Assembly: GCA_013265495.1 (NCBI GenBank)
Contig: MU061542.1
Location: 154,972 to 218,971, forward strand
Reading direction: 5' to 3'
Source of the DNA: Vicugna vicugna
Taxonomy: Eukaryota
DNA length: 64,000 nt
This document shows positions 1-13,544 of this stretch, piece after piece. The first letter of the stretch is position 1, and the number at the start of each line of letters is the position of its first letter. The notes under the pieces are model-generated. The model was given only the letters and a program-made list of their open reading frames with translations, was not told the origin of the DNA and ran no database searches. Position numbers and translations under genes: made by a program.

Positions 1-370
1 TCCTTTTCAGTATGCCATAGAGTGGAAATCATATAGTATAGTAATATTGGCTTTTGCACTTGGTAATGTGCATTTAACTTTCCTCAAAGTCTTTTGTCTT
101 GATAGCTCATTTCTTTTTAGAGCTGAAAAACATTTCATTCTTTGGATGTACTCCAGTTTATTTATCCATCTACCTGCTGAAGGACATCTTGGTTGCCTCC
201 CAGTTTTGGCAATTATGAATAAAGCTGTTTTAAACATATGTGTGTACGTTTTTATGTGGGTGTAAGTTTTCAAATCCTTTGGATAGGTATCAGGGAACAA
301 GACTGCTGGATGGTATGGTTAGACTATATTTAGTTTTGTAAGAAACTGCCAAAGTGTCTTTCAAAGTGGC
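1..370 (-). mobile_element. Old L1 (L1MB/MC-like) fragment: ORF2 C-terminus and start of 3' UTR
   Basis: Minus-strand translation MFKTALFIIAKTGRQPRCPSAGRWINKL resembles the L1 ORF2 C-terminal [18 protein letters not shown] motif. Confidence 0.8.
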
Positions 371-379
371 TTGCACTAT

Positions 380-1860
380 CTGGTTTTGGTAATAAGGTAA
401 TTATGGCTTCATAGAATTAATTAGGAAGTAGCGCTTCTGTCTTATGAAATACATTGTAGAGACCTGATCTAATTTTTTGCTAAAATATGTAGTAGAATTT
501 ATCAGTGAACTCATCTGGGCTTGGTGTTTTGTTTCTTAAGAAGATACAGACCTATTCAAATTGTCTTTTTGTTTTTATGAGTTTTAAGAGATTGTGTCTT
601 TCAAAGAATTGGCTATCAAATTGTCTACATGATACCATTACACAGGTGGTACAAGTACATTATAATAACTATATCATATGGAAATATGATATATAATTAT
701 AATTTGTTTCTCCTATCTCATGTATCATTGCTGTCATTAATTTTATTTATATATAAGCTTATTACATCATATAAGAACACATCATATACATTGTTGTTGT
801 TATTATTATTATTATTATTATTATTTAATTCGCTTGTTCAATTAAGAGTAAAAAAAGTTTTTATTTTAATTTCATGCATTTCTTCTTCAATGCTCTTCCT
901 TTATGTAGATCTGGGTTTCTGACTTGTATCATTTTTCTTCTCTTTAGAGAACTTCTTTTAGCTTTTCTTATAAGGTAGGTCTACAGGCAACAAACCCCAT
1001 CAATTTTTGTTAGTTGATAAAGCATTGTTTCTTCATTTTTGAAAGAAAACTTTTCAAAGTACAGAATTTACTCTCTTCTTGCTTACATGATTTCTACAGA
1101 AAAATGAAACATAACATTTATCTTTGCTCTACTTTAGATAAGGTGTTTTTCTTCTACTGGCTTTTCTTAAAAGATTTATCTTTGAATATTTATTTATTTA
1201 CTTTCAAAAATAGTATGCCAAGGTGCAGTCTTTGAACACCTTTTCCTGCTTGGCATTCTTTGAGCTTCCTAGATCTGAGGGTTGTCTGACATAAATTTGA
1301 GGAAATTATCAGTAATTATGTTTCAGATATTTCTTCTGATCTTTTCTTTCTTCTCCTTCTGGTATTTCCATTGCATGCAAGTTACACAATTTGTAATAGT
1401 CCAATAGTTCTTGGCATTTCTTCTTCTTTTTTTAAGTCTCTTTTTCTTTACTTTTCAGTTTTGGAAGTTTCTGTTATGATATCATCAAGTTCTTTCCTCA
1501 GCCATGTCTAGTGTACGAATAAGCCCATTAAAATCATTATTTCATAACAGAGTTTTTGATTTTTAGCTATTTTTTAAATTTTTCCTTGGGGTTTCTTTAT
1601 TTCTGCTTACAACAATCATCTATTCTTGCACACTCTCTGCTTTATGCTTTAGAGTCTATTGTATATTCATGTAATCATGGTTGTCTTAAATTTCTTTTTT
1701 GATAATTTCAACAAAACTGACATCTCAATCTGTTTTTAACACTTGCTTTTTCTCTTCAGACAATGAGTGTTTTGTTTTGTTTTGTTTGCAATATGTCTTG
1801 TATTTTTCTTTGATAGTCAAACAAGATGTACTAGGTAAAAAGGTATACCTGAAGCCACAT
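380..1860 (-). mobile_element. Old, heavily degraded L1 fragments (short ORF2 piece, inter-ORF and ORF1 region)
   Basis: T-rich plus strand with antisense ORF1 signatures, e.g. 'tttcttctccttctggtatttccattgcatgc' (I.GIPEGEE), and 'ggcttcatagaattaattaggaag' from ORF2. Boundaries approximate. Confidence 0.6.
790..826. repeat. (TTG)n(TTA)n microsatellite
   Basis: ttgttgttgttattattattattattattatta. Confidence 0.9.
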
Positions 1861-3289
1861 AACGCACCCTTAAGTTTCAAATCTGCTCTTGTCTTCTGGG
1901 GAAACCCATTTGTTTTAGTCTGTGGGAGGTGGGAAGCTAACAAAACATTTTGCATTGAAAACTGAAGTAATTTGAAATAAGTTTTTGAAGTATTGTTCTA
2001 GTAATTGTGCTCAACATAGACTGTAAATGGACAGATTGAAAAACAGAAAAGATTAGAGAACAAATTCAACAACTCATCTTCTCTGTGTTGTTTATCAGGG
2101 TGTTGGTATTTAGGTGGTGATTTTAGGTTATGGAATCTGGATATATTCTGACAATAGGAATTAACAGTGTTTGCTTGTGTTATGGATCTGTGATATGAGA
2201 AAAATAGGGATATCAGTCATAGCACCACATATTTGACCCTCATGAAAATGAAATAGCCTTTTATCGTAATTATGGAAGCAAGTATCTGAATTGAATGGAA
2301 TATGAAGTATATCTTAATGGTAGGTTAAACTTCAATATGAACAGATCACACACAATACATGTGGCATTTACAAAAATAAATTAGTAGCACCACTGAACCA
2401 AAAGTAACACTTAAAGGAGGAACCACCACTGACTAAAGAACAATCCAAATATTTTTAATCATTTTTAGTAGAGAATTATTTCTTGGAATTTCAATATTAT
2501 CTTGCAATGAAATTTTTATTCTATATGTATCTTCAAGGAGACAAAGATGAAATAGCTACTAGGAAATTTTAGGCAGCAACTAAATTTTAAAAATGATCAA
2601 AGCATCTTTAACTAGAAGAAAAAATAATAAAGACACAGTATTACACACAAAAAAGTAAAAAACAAAGACTTAGCTGACCCACAAAACATCCACAATCACA
2701 ATCACAATCACATCCACATGTTTGAAAGACTTTCTGTGGTAGAAGTCATACTTGGACGAGGCAGAAGGAAGCATATGACTACTATATATGTCACTTCAAA
2801 TTTTCCTTTGCTCTGAGGTCATAATATATATTAGTTGTGATTTAATAAAGTTGATAAGAGATTAGAAGTCAGAATTCTGAGAACAAGCCACAGTCATTAA
2901 TCTATAACATTTTGTACACTTAAATATGTGTCTGTGAAGTGTTTAGTATTGTTTGTGTATAATCATTTATAATTTAATTTATTAGACAGTAATTATGTAT
3001 GGAGTTATTAAACAGTGCTTAAATTAGAGAATTTGTGATTCCTTTCTTGTATTGTCAAAGAATACTCACACTGCATTCCAACGTAATTACATTATGTAGC
3101 ATCATATTTATTTAATTCTCTTTGTTTTAGCATATTGGTTTTTCGATACATTTTGATTGGTTAAAAGGGAGCTGAATAACAAGCCATTCTTTTCTTCTAC
3201 GGTCATGTAGCCATTCTGACTATACTTTTAAAAACTAAATGTTCAAATTTATTAAAGTTTTAAGAATGAAAACTTAACCAATACACTGA

Positions 3290-6200
3290 GTATGTATTTT
3301 AGGCACAAGGCTCCTCCCACCAGCAGGCCCACATGAGCCCTAGGACAGCTCAGGCAGCCCAGACAGCCTTGCCAGGACCCAGGTCTGCCTTCCAGTGGAC
3401 TGACAGCCATTACATAAGGCAGGATGAGACAGCCAACCAGGCAAGGGGTCAACCCCTTCTAGCAGCACACCCATAGTTGGCACTGTCACAACTGAAGGGC
3501 CTACATAGGTGGCACCCATCGAGCATATAGCTCTGGTAACTAGAGGGGAGTATGCTGCTTAGCCCAATGGCACATCTACATAAGACCACACCTCTAAGAT
3601 TAGGAAACATGAATGACATACCTAATACATACAAATAAACAGAGATTTAGGTAAAACAAAGTGACAGAGGAATATATTCCAAATGAAGGAACTAGATAAA
3701 ACCCCAGAAGAACAAGTAAGTGAAATGGGGACATGCAATCTACATGATAAAATGTTCAAGATAGTGATCATAAAGATGCTCAATGAACTTCTGAAAAGAA
3801 CAGATGAACCCAATGAGAATTTTAACAAAGAACTAGAAAATATAAAGAAGAACTAAACTGAATTGAAGGATATAATAACTTAAATAAAAAATACACTAGA
3901 AAAATCATTGGTAGAGTATATAATACAGAGAAACAGATCAGTGAACTAGAAGACAGCAGAATGAGAAATGATGCAAACAAAGAAGAAAGAGAGAAAGACT
4001 CAGATAATTTATCTGAATAAATAATAGCCAAAAAACTTCCCTAACCTGGGAAGGAAAACATTCATCCAAGTCTACAAGGCACAGAAAGTCAGAGAGTCCA
4101 GAAAAAAGATAAATCCAAAGAGGCCCAAATTATGGAAAAATTAAAGATAAAGAATCTTAAAAGCAGCAATTGGTTACATACAATAGAACTTTCATAATAT
4201 TGTCTGCTGATTTTTTAGTAGAAACTTTGCAGGCCAGAAGGCAGTAACACAATATATTCAAAATAATGAAAGGGAAAATACTATAACCATTAACACTCTA
4301 CCCAGGGAGACTATCATTCAGATTTAAAGGAGAGATAAAGAATTTTACAAACAAGGAAAAGCTGAGAGTTCTGCACTACTAAGCCAGCTTAAAAAGAAAT
4401 GGGAAAGGAACTTCTTTAAGCAGAAAATAAAAGACTACAACTAGAAATATAAATATTATGAAAGGAAACATTTCATTTATAAATGCAAACACATAGTAAA
4501 GGTAGTATATAAAGCAAGTAGGGATATTAAAAGAAAAAAGTAAAAAATTATCTATATCCACAGAAAGTAGTTAAGGGATACAAAAAAACAAAAGTTGTAA
4601 AATATGATGCTGAAAACATTAAACTTGAGAGTGGGGAGTAAAATGCAGGTTTGTTATAATGAGTTCTATTTAGCAGTTCACCAACCTGTATATGTATATA
4701 TATGTTGTTACACATGAACTTCATGGTAACCACAAACCAAAAATCTACAATAGATAGTATTAGGAAAAAAAATCGAAACGCTAAATATACTGATCAAATC
4801 ACAAGGGAAGAGAGTAGCAGAGGAAGAAAGAATAAGAAAAAAACCCTACAAAAGTAGATAAAAAATAATTAACAAAATGGCAATATGTACATATCCATCA
4901 ATAATTCCTTTAAATATAAATGATTAAATAATCCAATTCTAAGACACAGAGGGGCTAAATAGGTACAAAAACAAGACATATATATATATGGTGTCTACAA
5001 GAGGCTCACTTCAGATCTAAAGGCACACAGAGATTGAAAATGAGAGTTTAGAAAAAAGTATTCCATGCAAATTGACATGAGAAGAAAGCTGGGATAACAA
5101 TGCTTATATCAGATAAAACAGACAATAAAACAAAGAATGTTACAAGAGACAAAGAAGGACATTACATAATAATTAAAGGATCAATTCAGTGAGACTATAT
5201 AGCAATTGTAAAAAATGTATGTATTCAACATAAAAACTCTTAAATACATAAAGCAAGTATTAACATACATAAAGGAAGAATCTGACAGAAACACAATAAT
5301 AGTAGAACACTTTAACATCCCACTTACATAAATGGGTAGATCATCCTGGCAGAAAATCAATAAAGAGACACTTACTTTAAACAAAATGGTAGATCAGATA
5401 GCCTTAACAGATATACATATAGAATATTCCAGCTAAAAGCAGCAGAATTCACAGTCTTGTCAATGCACATGAAACATCTATAGTTTCATCACATACTAGG
5501 CCACAATACAAGTCTCAATAAATTTAAGAAGATTGAAATCAAATCAAGCAATTCTTTCAGACACAGCAGTATGAGACTAGAAATCAACTACCTAAAAATG
5601 CAAAAACACATAAACATGTGATGGTGAAAAATATGCTACTAAACATCCAATGAATCAGTGATGAAATCAATGAGGAAATCCAAAAATACCTTGGAATAAA
5701 AGAAAATGGAAAGACGATGATACAAAATTGATAGGGCACAGCAAAAGCACTTTGAAGAGGAAAGTTTATAACAATACTAGCCTATCTCAAGAAACAAAAA
5801 AAACTTAAATGATTTAACCTTATACCAAAAGGAACTAGAAAAAGAAGAACATACAAAACCCAAAGTAAATAGAATAAAAAAAATTAACATCAGAGCAAAA
5901 ATAAATTAAATGGAGACTAAAGAAATAATATAAAATATCAGTGAAACTAAAAGCTGGTTTTTTGAAAAAATAAAATGGAACAACTTTTAGCCAGACACAT
6001 AAAAAAAGGGCCCAAATAAAATCAGAAATTAAAGAGTAATTACAACAAACACATCAGAAATACTAAGGATCATAAGCAATTACTATGACTAATTATGTAA
6101 GCTAAAATGAAAAAAATAAATTTCTAAATGTAAAATCTCTCAAGACTAATTCAGGAAAAAAATAGAAAATATAAAGGAGTGATTACCTGTAATGAGATTG

Positions 6201-7618
6201 AATCAGTAATAAAAGAACTCCCAATAAACAAAAGACCAGGACCAGAAAACTTCACAGGAAAATTCTGTCAAACATTTAAAGAAGAGTTGACACTTATTCT
6301 TCTCTAACTATTCCAAAAATTTGAAGAGGAAGAAAAGCTTCCATATGCCTTCTATGAGGCCAGCATCATCCAAATATTAAGAGCAGACAAACACGTTTTA
6401 ATATAATAAAATAACAGGCCAGTGTCCTTGAGAAACATAGATATAAAATCTTAAGCAAAATATTAGCAAATCAAATTCAGCAATACATTTAAAGAACCCC
6501 ATACCACGATCAAGTGGGATTTATCTTAAGGATGCAAATATGGCTAAATATCCACAAATCAATCAATTGATATCTTATTAACAAATTGGAGAATAAAAAT
6601 CATATGATCATCTTAACAGACGCAGAAAAATCTTTCATCAAAATTCAACATTCGTTTCTGCTAAAAAATCCTCAGCAAAGTGGATATAGAGGGAACATAC
6701 CTCTACATAATTAAGACTATATATGACATACCTACAACCAACATCATATCCAATGGGGAAAAACTAAAAGCATTTCCTATAACATTAAGCACAAGACAAG
6801 GATGCTTATTCTCACCACTTTTATTCAACATTGTACTGGAAGTCATAGGCACAGCAATCAAACAAATAAAAGAATTACAAGAATCCAAATTGGAAAGGAA
6901 ACCTATACTAAACCTATAAACTATATACAGGATACACTTAAGATGCCAACAAAAATTACTAAAACTAATAAATGCATTTAATAATGTTGCAGGATACAAA
7001 ATTAATATAGAAATATATAAATACAGAAAGCTATTGTGTTTCAATATACTAACAATTCACTATCAGAAAGAGAAATGAAAGAAACAATCCTATTTACAAT
7101 TGCATCAAAAGGAATAAAATATTTATGAATAAATCTAAGCAAGGAAGGAAGAGACTTGTACTTAGAAAACTATAAGACAATGATAAAAGATACTAAAGGC
7201 TACACAATTAAATGGAAAGAGACACTATGTTCATGGTTTGGAAGAATTCATATTGTTAAAAATGACCACACTACCCAAGGCAATCTATAGATTCTATGCA
7301 ATCCTTATCAAAATAAAAACAATATTTTTCAGAACTAGAACAAATAATTCTAAAATTTTATGTCAATGCAAAATGCCTCAAATGGCCAAAATAATCTTGA
7401 GAAAGAAGAAAAAAACTGAAAATATCACATTCCCTGATTTCAAACTAAACTACAAAGCTAAAGTAATCAAAATACTATTATACTAGCACAAAAACATATC
7501 CATAGATTGATGGAGCAGAATAGCCTAGAAATAAACCCATATTTATGTGGTCAATCAATCTATAACAAAGAAAGAATACACAATGGAAAACAAATAGCCT
7601 CTTCAATAAATGGTGGTG
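3290..7618 (+). mobile_element. Degraded L1: part of 5' UTR, ORF1 remnant, long inter-ORF, and ORF2 from ATG 4877 to about 7618; 3' end absent
   Basis: A-rich strand with collinear ORF2 motifs: endonuclease start, [57 protein letters not shown]. Many stops and frameshifts; the region that should encode F/YADD (about 6895-6930) is disrupted. Confidence 0.93.
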
Positions 7619-8944
7619 TTAAAGCTGACCTGGAGCTTAGTTGCTCAATTCTTCTTTCACTGTAAAGTGAGGGAAAACAAGCCTTTCATCCCTTGTATAA
7701 TAAGAGACTTCAGTAGAATAATAATCTTCTTGGAAGGAGTCAATTTTGCTCAGTTTTAGACATTAATATGTAAAGCAATTTGATATAGTTTCAAAACCTT
7801 ATTTTAATTAAGAGAATCTTATTTCACATTTGTATCACCAAAGGCCCATTTAGGTGGTTCCCATACTCTCAATTCTCCCAAAAGATCAACTTCTTCCCAA
7901 TGAACTTTGCCTCCAACCAATAAAACTGCAGAATTACATCTCTCCTAATCCTACTCATCTATTATTAAACATAGAGGCAAAGTCTCAGAAGCACTTGTGA
8001 CAAGTATCTTATAAAATACCTCCAAAATTAGTCTTTTCAATAGAATATAACATATATTTATTTAGGCTGAAAGACAGCTAAACTTAAGAAGCTTTAAAGT
8101 GGTAGTAATGGTTGAATATATAACCAATTTTGCTTACCAGAGAATGAACTGCAATGAATAGAAATATCTTCCTATTTCCAAAACCTTTTGAAAAATACAC
8201 TGGAATTGCCCTCCTCCGCCCCACCCTGACACATACACTTAGGACTGAATGAAGACAGTAAGATAATTTGTTGAGAATGACTTTGTAAATTTAAGTGTGT
8301 ATGTGTCAGGTTCATAAGTTTGAAATATTAATGAAACTATTTCTGATATCTTCTGATCCTTTCTGTCACCTCATCCATTTCAACTATCCTATGATCACTA
8401 ATCCAGGGAAAAATATGTCAGCCTAAAGCATTTTCTTCTAAGGTTTGAATTTCACATGACTAGTCTTTGAGGAGATTAGGGGCAATCCAGATTATAAACT
8501 GTAGGCTTTTGAAAGGATATATAGAGAAACACAGAGAGTGAAGTGGCACTTCAAACTGGGAAAAATAATATCTAAGTTGAAGCTAGAATGAGAGGGTTAT
8601 GTAAGTAAGCAGTAGTGGGTAGATGCGAGTGATTTTCTTTGAAACAAGTCATTATTTTCCTGTCCTATAATCAAGGTCCAAGAGAGAGATATATATCCCA
8701 GAAAGTTTTGAACATTCTAATAGCAGAAGAAACATATTTTGTTTTTCAGGTAGAACTAGGGGGAGAAGAAGAGCTAGAGAACCCAGAAAAAACAGATGCT
8801 ATATGAAGAACGTAGGTAGAAGATCTTAAGCAACCTCTTATGGTTTCTTGGGTAGGAGCATAAAAATGATTTTTTTAAATCTAAGGACCTGGCAGAGTGA
8901 TGGATGTGTCAGTAAATATCATCATGCATAGTTGCTGATGAGAA

Positions 8945-9425
8945 CCAGATAGAACTCTTTCAGCAGCAAGTAACAAATAATCCAACTGACAATGACTTAA
9001 GAAATAAGGACATACCTTACCTCATATAACAAGAACCCAGGAGGTCTGATTAACTTAGCACTAGAGTTATGTCATCAAGGCCCTAAAGTTTTTCATATTC
9101 TTCTCAATCAACCTCAGCTGTTGACTTTAGTTCTGTCTTTTCCTCCAGGATCACTGGATAGCTATGTGGTCTTGACACCACATTTGTTACTCTGCCTCCA
9201 AAGAAATGAAGGGTAGTTTCTCACTGAGATTCTCTTTATTAGGAAGGAAAAAAAAACTTGCTTAGGATACCTAAACTTTTCTATTTTCATTTTAAAGGAT
9301 ATGTCTATACCTAGCTGAAATGTAGGTAAAAATTTGTGAATTCTGTTAGCAAGGATGTAAGGTAAAAGGAACTTGGGGGAAGGGGAAAGAATATGTATCT
9401 GGTGGGTAAAAATGTGTCAGCCATA
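8945..9425 (-). mobile_element. MaLR LTR (MLT1J/K/L-like)
   Basis: 'ttcagcagcaagtaacaaataatccaactgacaatgacttaag...ctcatataacaagaac...gtcatcaaggccc' matches my recollection of late MLT1 LTR consensus. Confidence 0.55.
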
Positions 9426-9886
9426 GCCTCCATTCTTACCTTCTTTACCACTTGACCTTGTAGTATATACACTCATGATCCTGAGAAAAGGGGAATGATT
9501 TCTTCATTGACATGTATTCTTCAATGTTGATAGAATTATTTAAATAAAAACAAAATCAAGCCAAATAAACTTATAGTAAATTATATAATATATAGCTGTA
9601 TGTCTTACAAAATTAAGTCTGTGAAAATAGAATCAGATACAGTTAAGAAGATAGAAATTTATGAAAACATTTGTATAATATGCATTTTTTGGGAGGGACA
9701 AATATGCAAAGATTTTAGGTTTAATTTTAATTCCTTATGACTTAATAAGAAAAATTGTCCATAGATGACCCAAGATGCTCTTTCTGCTTTGTCTGGACAA
9801 TCGGATAACAGCAATTGAGACTTCCTTTTCTCCTATCAGGAGTGGGGCTACACTTACTGCAATAGTGTCTTTTTCATCCATAAAGA

Positions 9887-10068
9887 AGGGTTGACAGATA
9901 AAATACAGAATGCTCAGTTAAAATTGAATTTCAGAAAAACAAGAAATAATATTTTAGTATAAGTAGACCCCAAGTATTTCACAATGCATATTTTTAAAAA
10001 TATTTGTTGTTAACCTGAAATTTAGAGGTAACTGGGCTTCTTGTGCTTTTATTTGCTAAATCTACCTT
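9887..10068. mobile_element. MER53 non-autonomous hAT-type DNA transposon (palindromic MITE)
   Basis: agggttgacagataaaatacag...cagttaaaattgaatttcag...ctgaaattt...taactggg...tttatttgctaaatct has internal inverted symmetry and matches the recalled MER53 consensus. Confidence 0.85.
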
Positions 10069-10479
10069 AACCAGGGCCACCCAAGTCTCCAAGTGCTCCT
10101 GGATACTCAGATTTCCCAGAGGTCATTTTTCAACAATAAGCACTTTAATTTAAACAATCTGGCCCAGCAGTAGCTGCAATGCAGGTTGTGACTGTAAAAC
10201 TTCACACTTTATTTAAAATAAGGGAAACCTGTAGGGGTGAAGACTCCTTCCAATGGGCCACATCCAGCAGAACATGCCAGTGCCTACATTCTCTTCTCTA
10301 AGAACACAAGCACCTATGCCTTTTCTTGACTTGTTGACCAAACCTTATATGAGTTTCCTTGCCTCCCTGATCCCCTTACCACCAAAGGATGAGAGCCATC
10401 TCTTACTTTTTTAAAACTAAACACTTCACTCTTGAGCCAAGAGTCGAGTGAGATGCATGTCTGCTCTTCCTGTATGGAC

Positions 10480-10583
10480 ATTGACTTATCCCTTATTTCT
10501 TCACAGCACATGCAAAACTCTAGTTCCTAGTACAGTACTTGACTTATAGTAAACACTTAAGTTTTTATTGAGTGAATGAATCA
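10480..10583 (+). mobile_element. L2 3' end
   Basis: ctctagttcctagtacagtacttgacttatagtaaacacttaagtttttattgagtgaatgaat, a typical L2 tail with (TGAA)n. Confidence 0.65.
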
Positions 10584-10689
10584 ATTAATTTTACTTCAGA
10601 ATTGAACATAACTCAAAGGAAACATATTATAGAAAAAAATTAGGCTTGGTATTCCCTGACTACTCACAGAAGTTAGAGGCTGAAAAAAA

Positions 10690-11372
10690 CCTTAGGTAAC
10701 TCCTGCTAGACACTAGTTTACAGTGATTAAATATAATTTTATAGAGCTAAATTCTGGCTGAGTGTACTTTACTCAAGTGATTAAAATTAATTCCACCCAA
10801 GATAGGAAAAATAGAAACTGTGTGCAGCTTAATATGCTGAAATAAGAACGCCATATCATTTCTGTTATATTCCTGCCAAAGTTGCATAAAATGAATCAGG
10901 AATGTAATTATGAGGCAATATAAGACACACTGAAGTTGAAGGACATTATACTAAATGATTGTCCTGTAGTCTTCAAAATTCTAAGGAACTGTCCTAGTCT
11001 GAATGACACTAGTGAAAATCAAAACCAAAGGTAATGCATGATCTTGAATTGCTCATTTTATTACTGCAAATTTTGATGGAATTTGAATAGAATCTAAGGG
11101 TTAGATGGTATGACTGTCTTAGTACTAACTTCCTGAACATGATGGTTGTGCAGTGGATATGTAGGAGAATGTCCTGGTCCTTAGACATAATGCTCTAATT
11201 ATGAATTGGTAATCATCATGTCTAAAAGTTACTGTACAATTATCATGAGAATATCATATCTTCAATCTACTCTCAATTCATGCAGATAAAGCAGTTTTTG
11301 TGTAATTTTTGTTACTTTTCTTTTCATTTGAAATTATTCATAAATAAAGAGTACAACAACAACAACAAAAAG
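10690..11372 (+). mobile_element. Old L1 3' UTR (L1MC4/MC5-like)
   Basis: 'catatcatttctgttatattcctgccaaa', 'aaggacattatactaaatgattgtcctgtagtcttcaaaa', 'tgtaggagaatgtcct', ending tttgaaattattcataaataaa plus an A-rich tail. Confidence 0.7.
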
Positions 11373-13544
11373 TAAGAGGATAAGAGCCAACAATCCAAGC
11401 CAGAAATCTCTTCTGCTGAAGGCCTCTAGTCCCTGACATTGTTTTCCAGTTAGAGAAGACGAGAGGTAGAAAAAGCTGTCTCAAATAGATAGGCTTGCTG
11501 GAGAAGAAGAGAAAATAGATAATTTTGGCAAGAGGCTAGGACCATAGTCTTTGTAAATTCTATACAGAAATTTCTTTCTTTTTTTGTTTTTTACAGGATA
11601 ACTGGGGAACCAGGCCTGAGGGTGACCTCCTTCACTTAACCAGAATGCGAAGTTCCTCTTAAAATATTGGACTCACTGTGACAAAGAAAGACACCTAAAA
11701 ATTACTAAAGCCTATTGATTATTCTTTTAAAAACAACACTTACATGGTTTGTTATTCATAGACATTATTTGCAATGCAGTTGCTTCTGGGGAGCAAAACT
11801 GACTGGCTAAGGACTAGTAAACAGGAAGATTTTAACTCTGTGCCCTTGAATTGTGTGTTATGTGCATGTACTTCCTGTTCACAAAAATAAATAAAGCTAC
11901 ATAAAAATACTCATTATTTTTAATATACCATTGTTGAGATAGGGGATCACTGTCTCTCCTGGTTGGTAGAGAAAATGGATTCTAAGTATGGGAATATATG
12001 GTGAGAAAAGAAACCAATATTTGCATATCTTCTCTCAGACAAGTGCATTTTATTGAGATCAGGGAAATTTAAATTCTTGCTAGGTTTTATTCAATCCATT
12101 TCTATAAGCCTTAAGGCTGTTATATACTACGTCCAAATTCTGATACTCTTCTACTTTTTAGTTCTAGTTTTGCATATTATTGATTGCTTTCTATTTTAGG
12201 GCATTTTAGAGAAATTCTGGGTAACTATGCATTGGAGGATTTTATCCAAATGTATTGTATATCAAAATTCATAGACACACAAATATTTGAAACAGACTGA
12301 ATGGAATTAATCTTAAGTTTTAGGATTGAAATGATATCAGTTGTGAGCTGGCCTTGAGATGAGTTAAGACCATGGGACCCATGATCAGAGGCCATGATCA
12401 GAGCATGTTTGTAGTATGCAGTAAATAATTGCTGTACCCATTCATCAATTATATAAGATTTAGAACAAAGAAAATAGAAGTACGGATGTGCTAGAGATAT
12501 TCTGTAAGCTTAATGAACAAAGAAATTCACATTGCACATGTACTGGCAGAGAACAGATAAAAAGCAGGACAGGTGCATTATAGGCGCACCTCCCTGTGGC
12601 AATAAAGTGTTGTTAACCCCATAGTGTCTCCTGCTGATGTCTGTCTGGCGGTATGGCAACTCCTCATGCATATTTTCGTTTTGGGGCTGCTCACCTCCTA
12701 GAACCCCACATCAGCCTCCTTCGGCGGACACGAGTCTTTAATAATTTTGTAAAGACCAACTCCAAAAATGTAGAATATAATTATAGAATGTCAGTAAACA
12801 TAAATATATTGAACAGTATAGATAAGGTCATGTCCAACTGAATATCTGCATTGTTCTTAAATTATGTTCCAAATTCATTATTAAATTCTTAATGTCAAAT
12901 AATAGAAAACTACTCTGCAACATGAGTAGTGAATAATCTATATATTGGTTCTGATATATAAAAAACAGTTGATAGTCCATTGGTCTTTTTAGGTACACTC
13001 AGATTTTCTTTCGATATGAGAAATATAGCAGCATGTTTCCTGTTACTCTAAGAATCAAGATTTATAGAATGTAGTCCCAATACTGTCACCTATTATCTGT
13101 GTTAACAAGAGGATATTAATAAGAGGGCAGCCTAACTTACAGGGTGTAATCAGCATAAAAATACATTTCACTTATAATTTTGTGACTATGTTTTGAAAAT
13201 CATATTATTCTATGAATATATATAATGATATAAGAAATATGACAATGAATATATATGTTCATGTATAACTGAACAAAAGAAATATAAAACTGTGTGTGGA
13301 GGAGTTTGTAGAAATTATAAATTGAAAATATCTGAAAAAATCTATTTTCTGTCCATAGTAATAGTATTTCCTCATAGTTAATAGCATGTACAAATGCACA
13401 CATCAAGAATGTCTTATATTCATGTTTTTATTTAAATTCTTCTCAATTCTGATAAATCATATATTTAAAATTTTAAGTATTCCCATGCTTTATTATGCAA
13501 TTTGTTGATCAATTTGTAAATAACTAAAATGTTTATTTTCACTT

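Noticed and set aside
11570..11665. Strong-looking splice acceptor (polypyrimidine tract then ttacag/G)
   Set aside because: No recognisable peptide or matching strong donor; such tracts are common in AT-rich DNA
12653..12841. 62-aa ORF MATPHAYFRFG... as a host gene or exon
   Set aside because: No recognisable homology, an in-frame stop 18 nt upstream and no convincing splice sites. The DNA element is reported separately.
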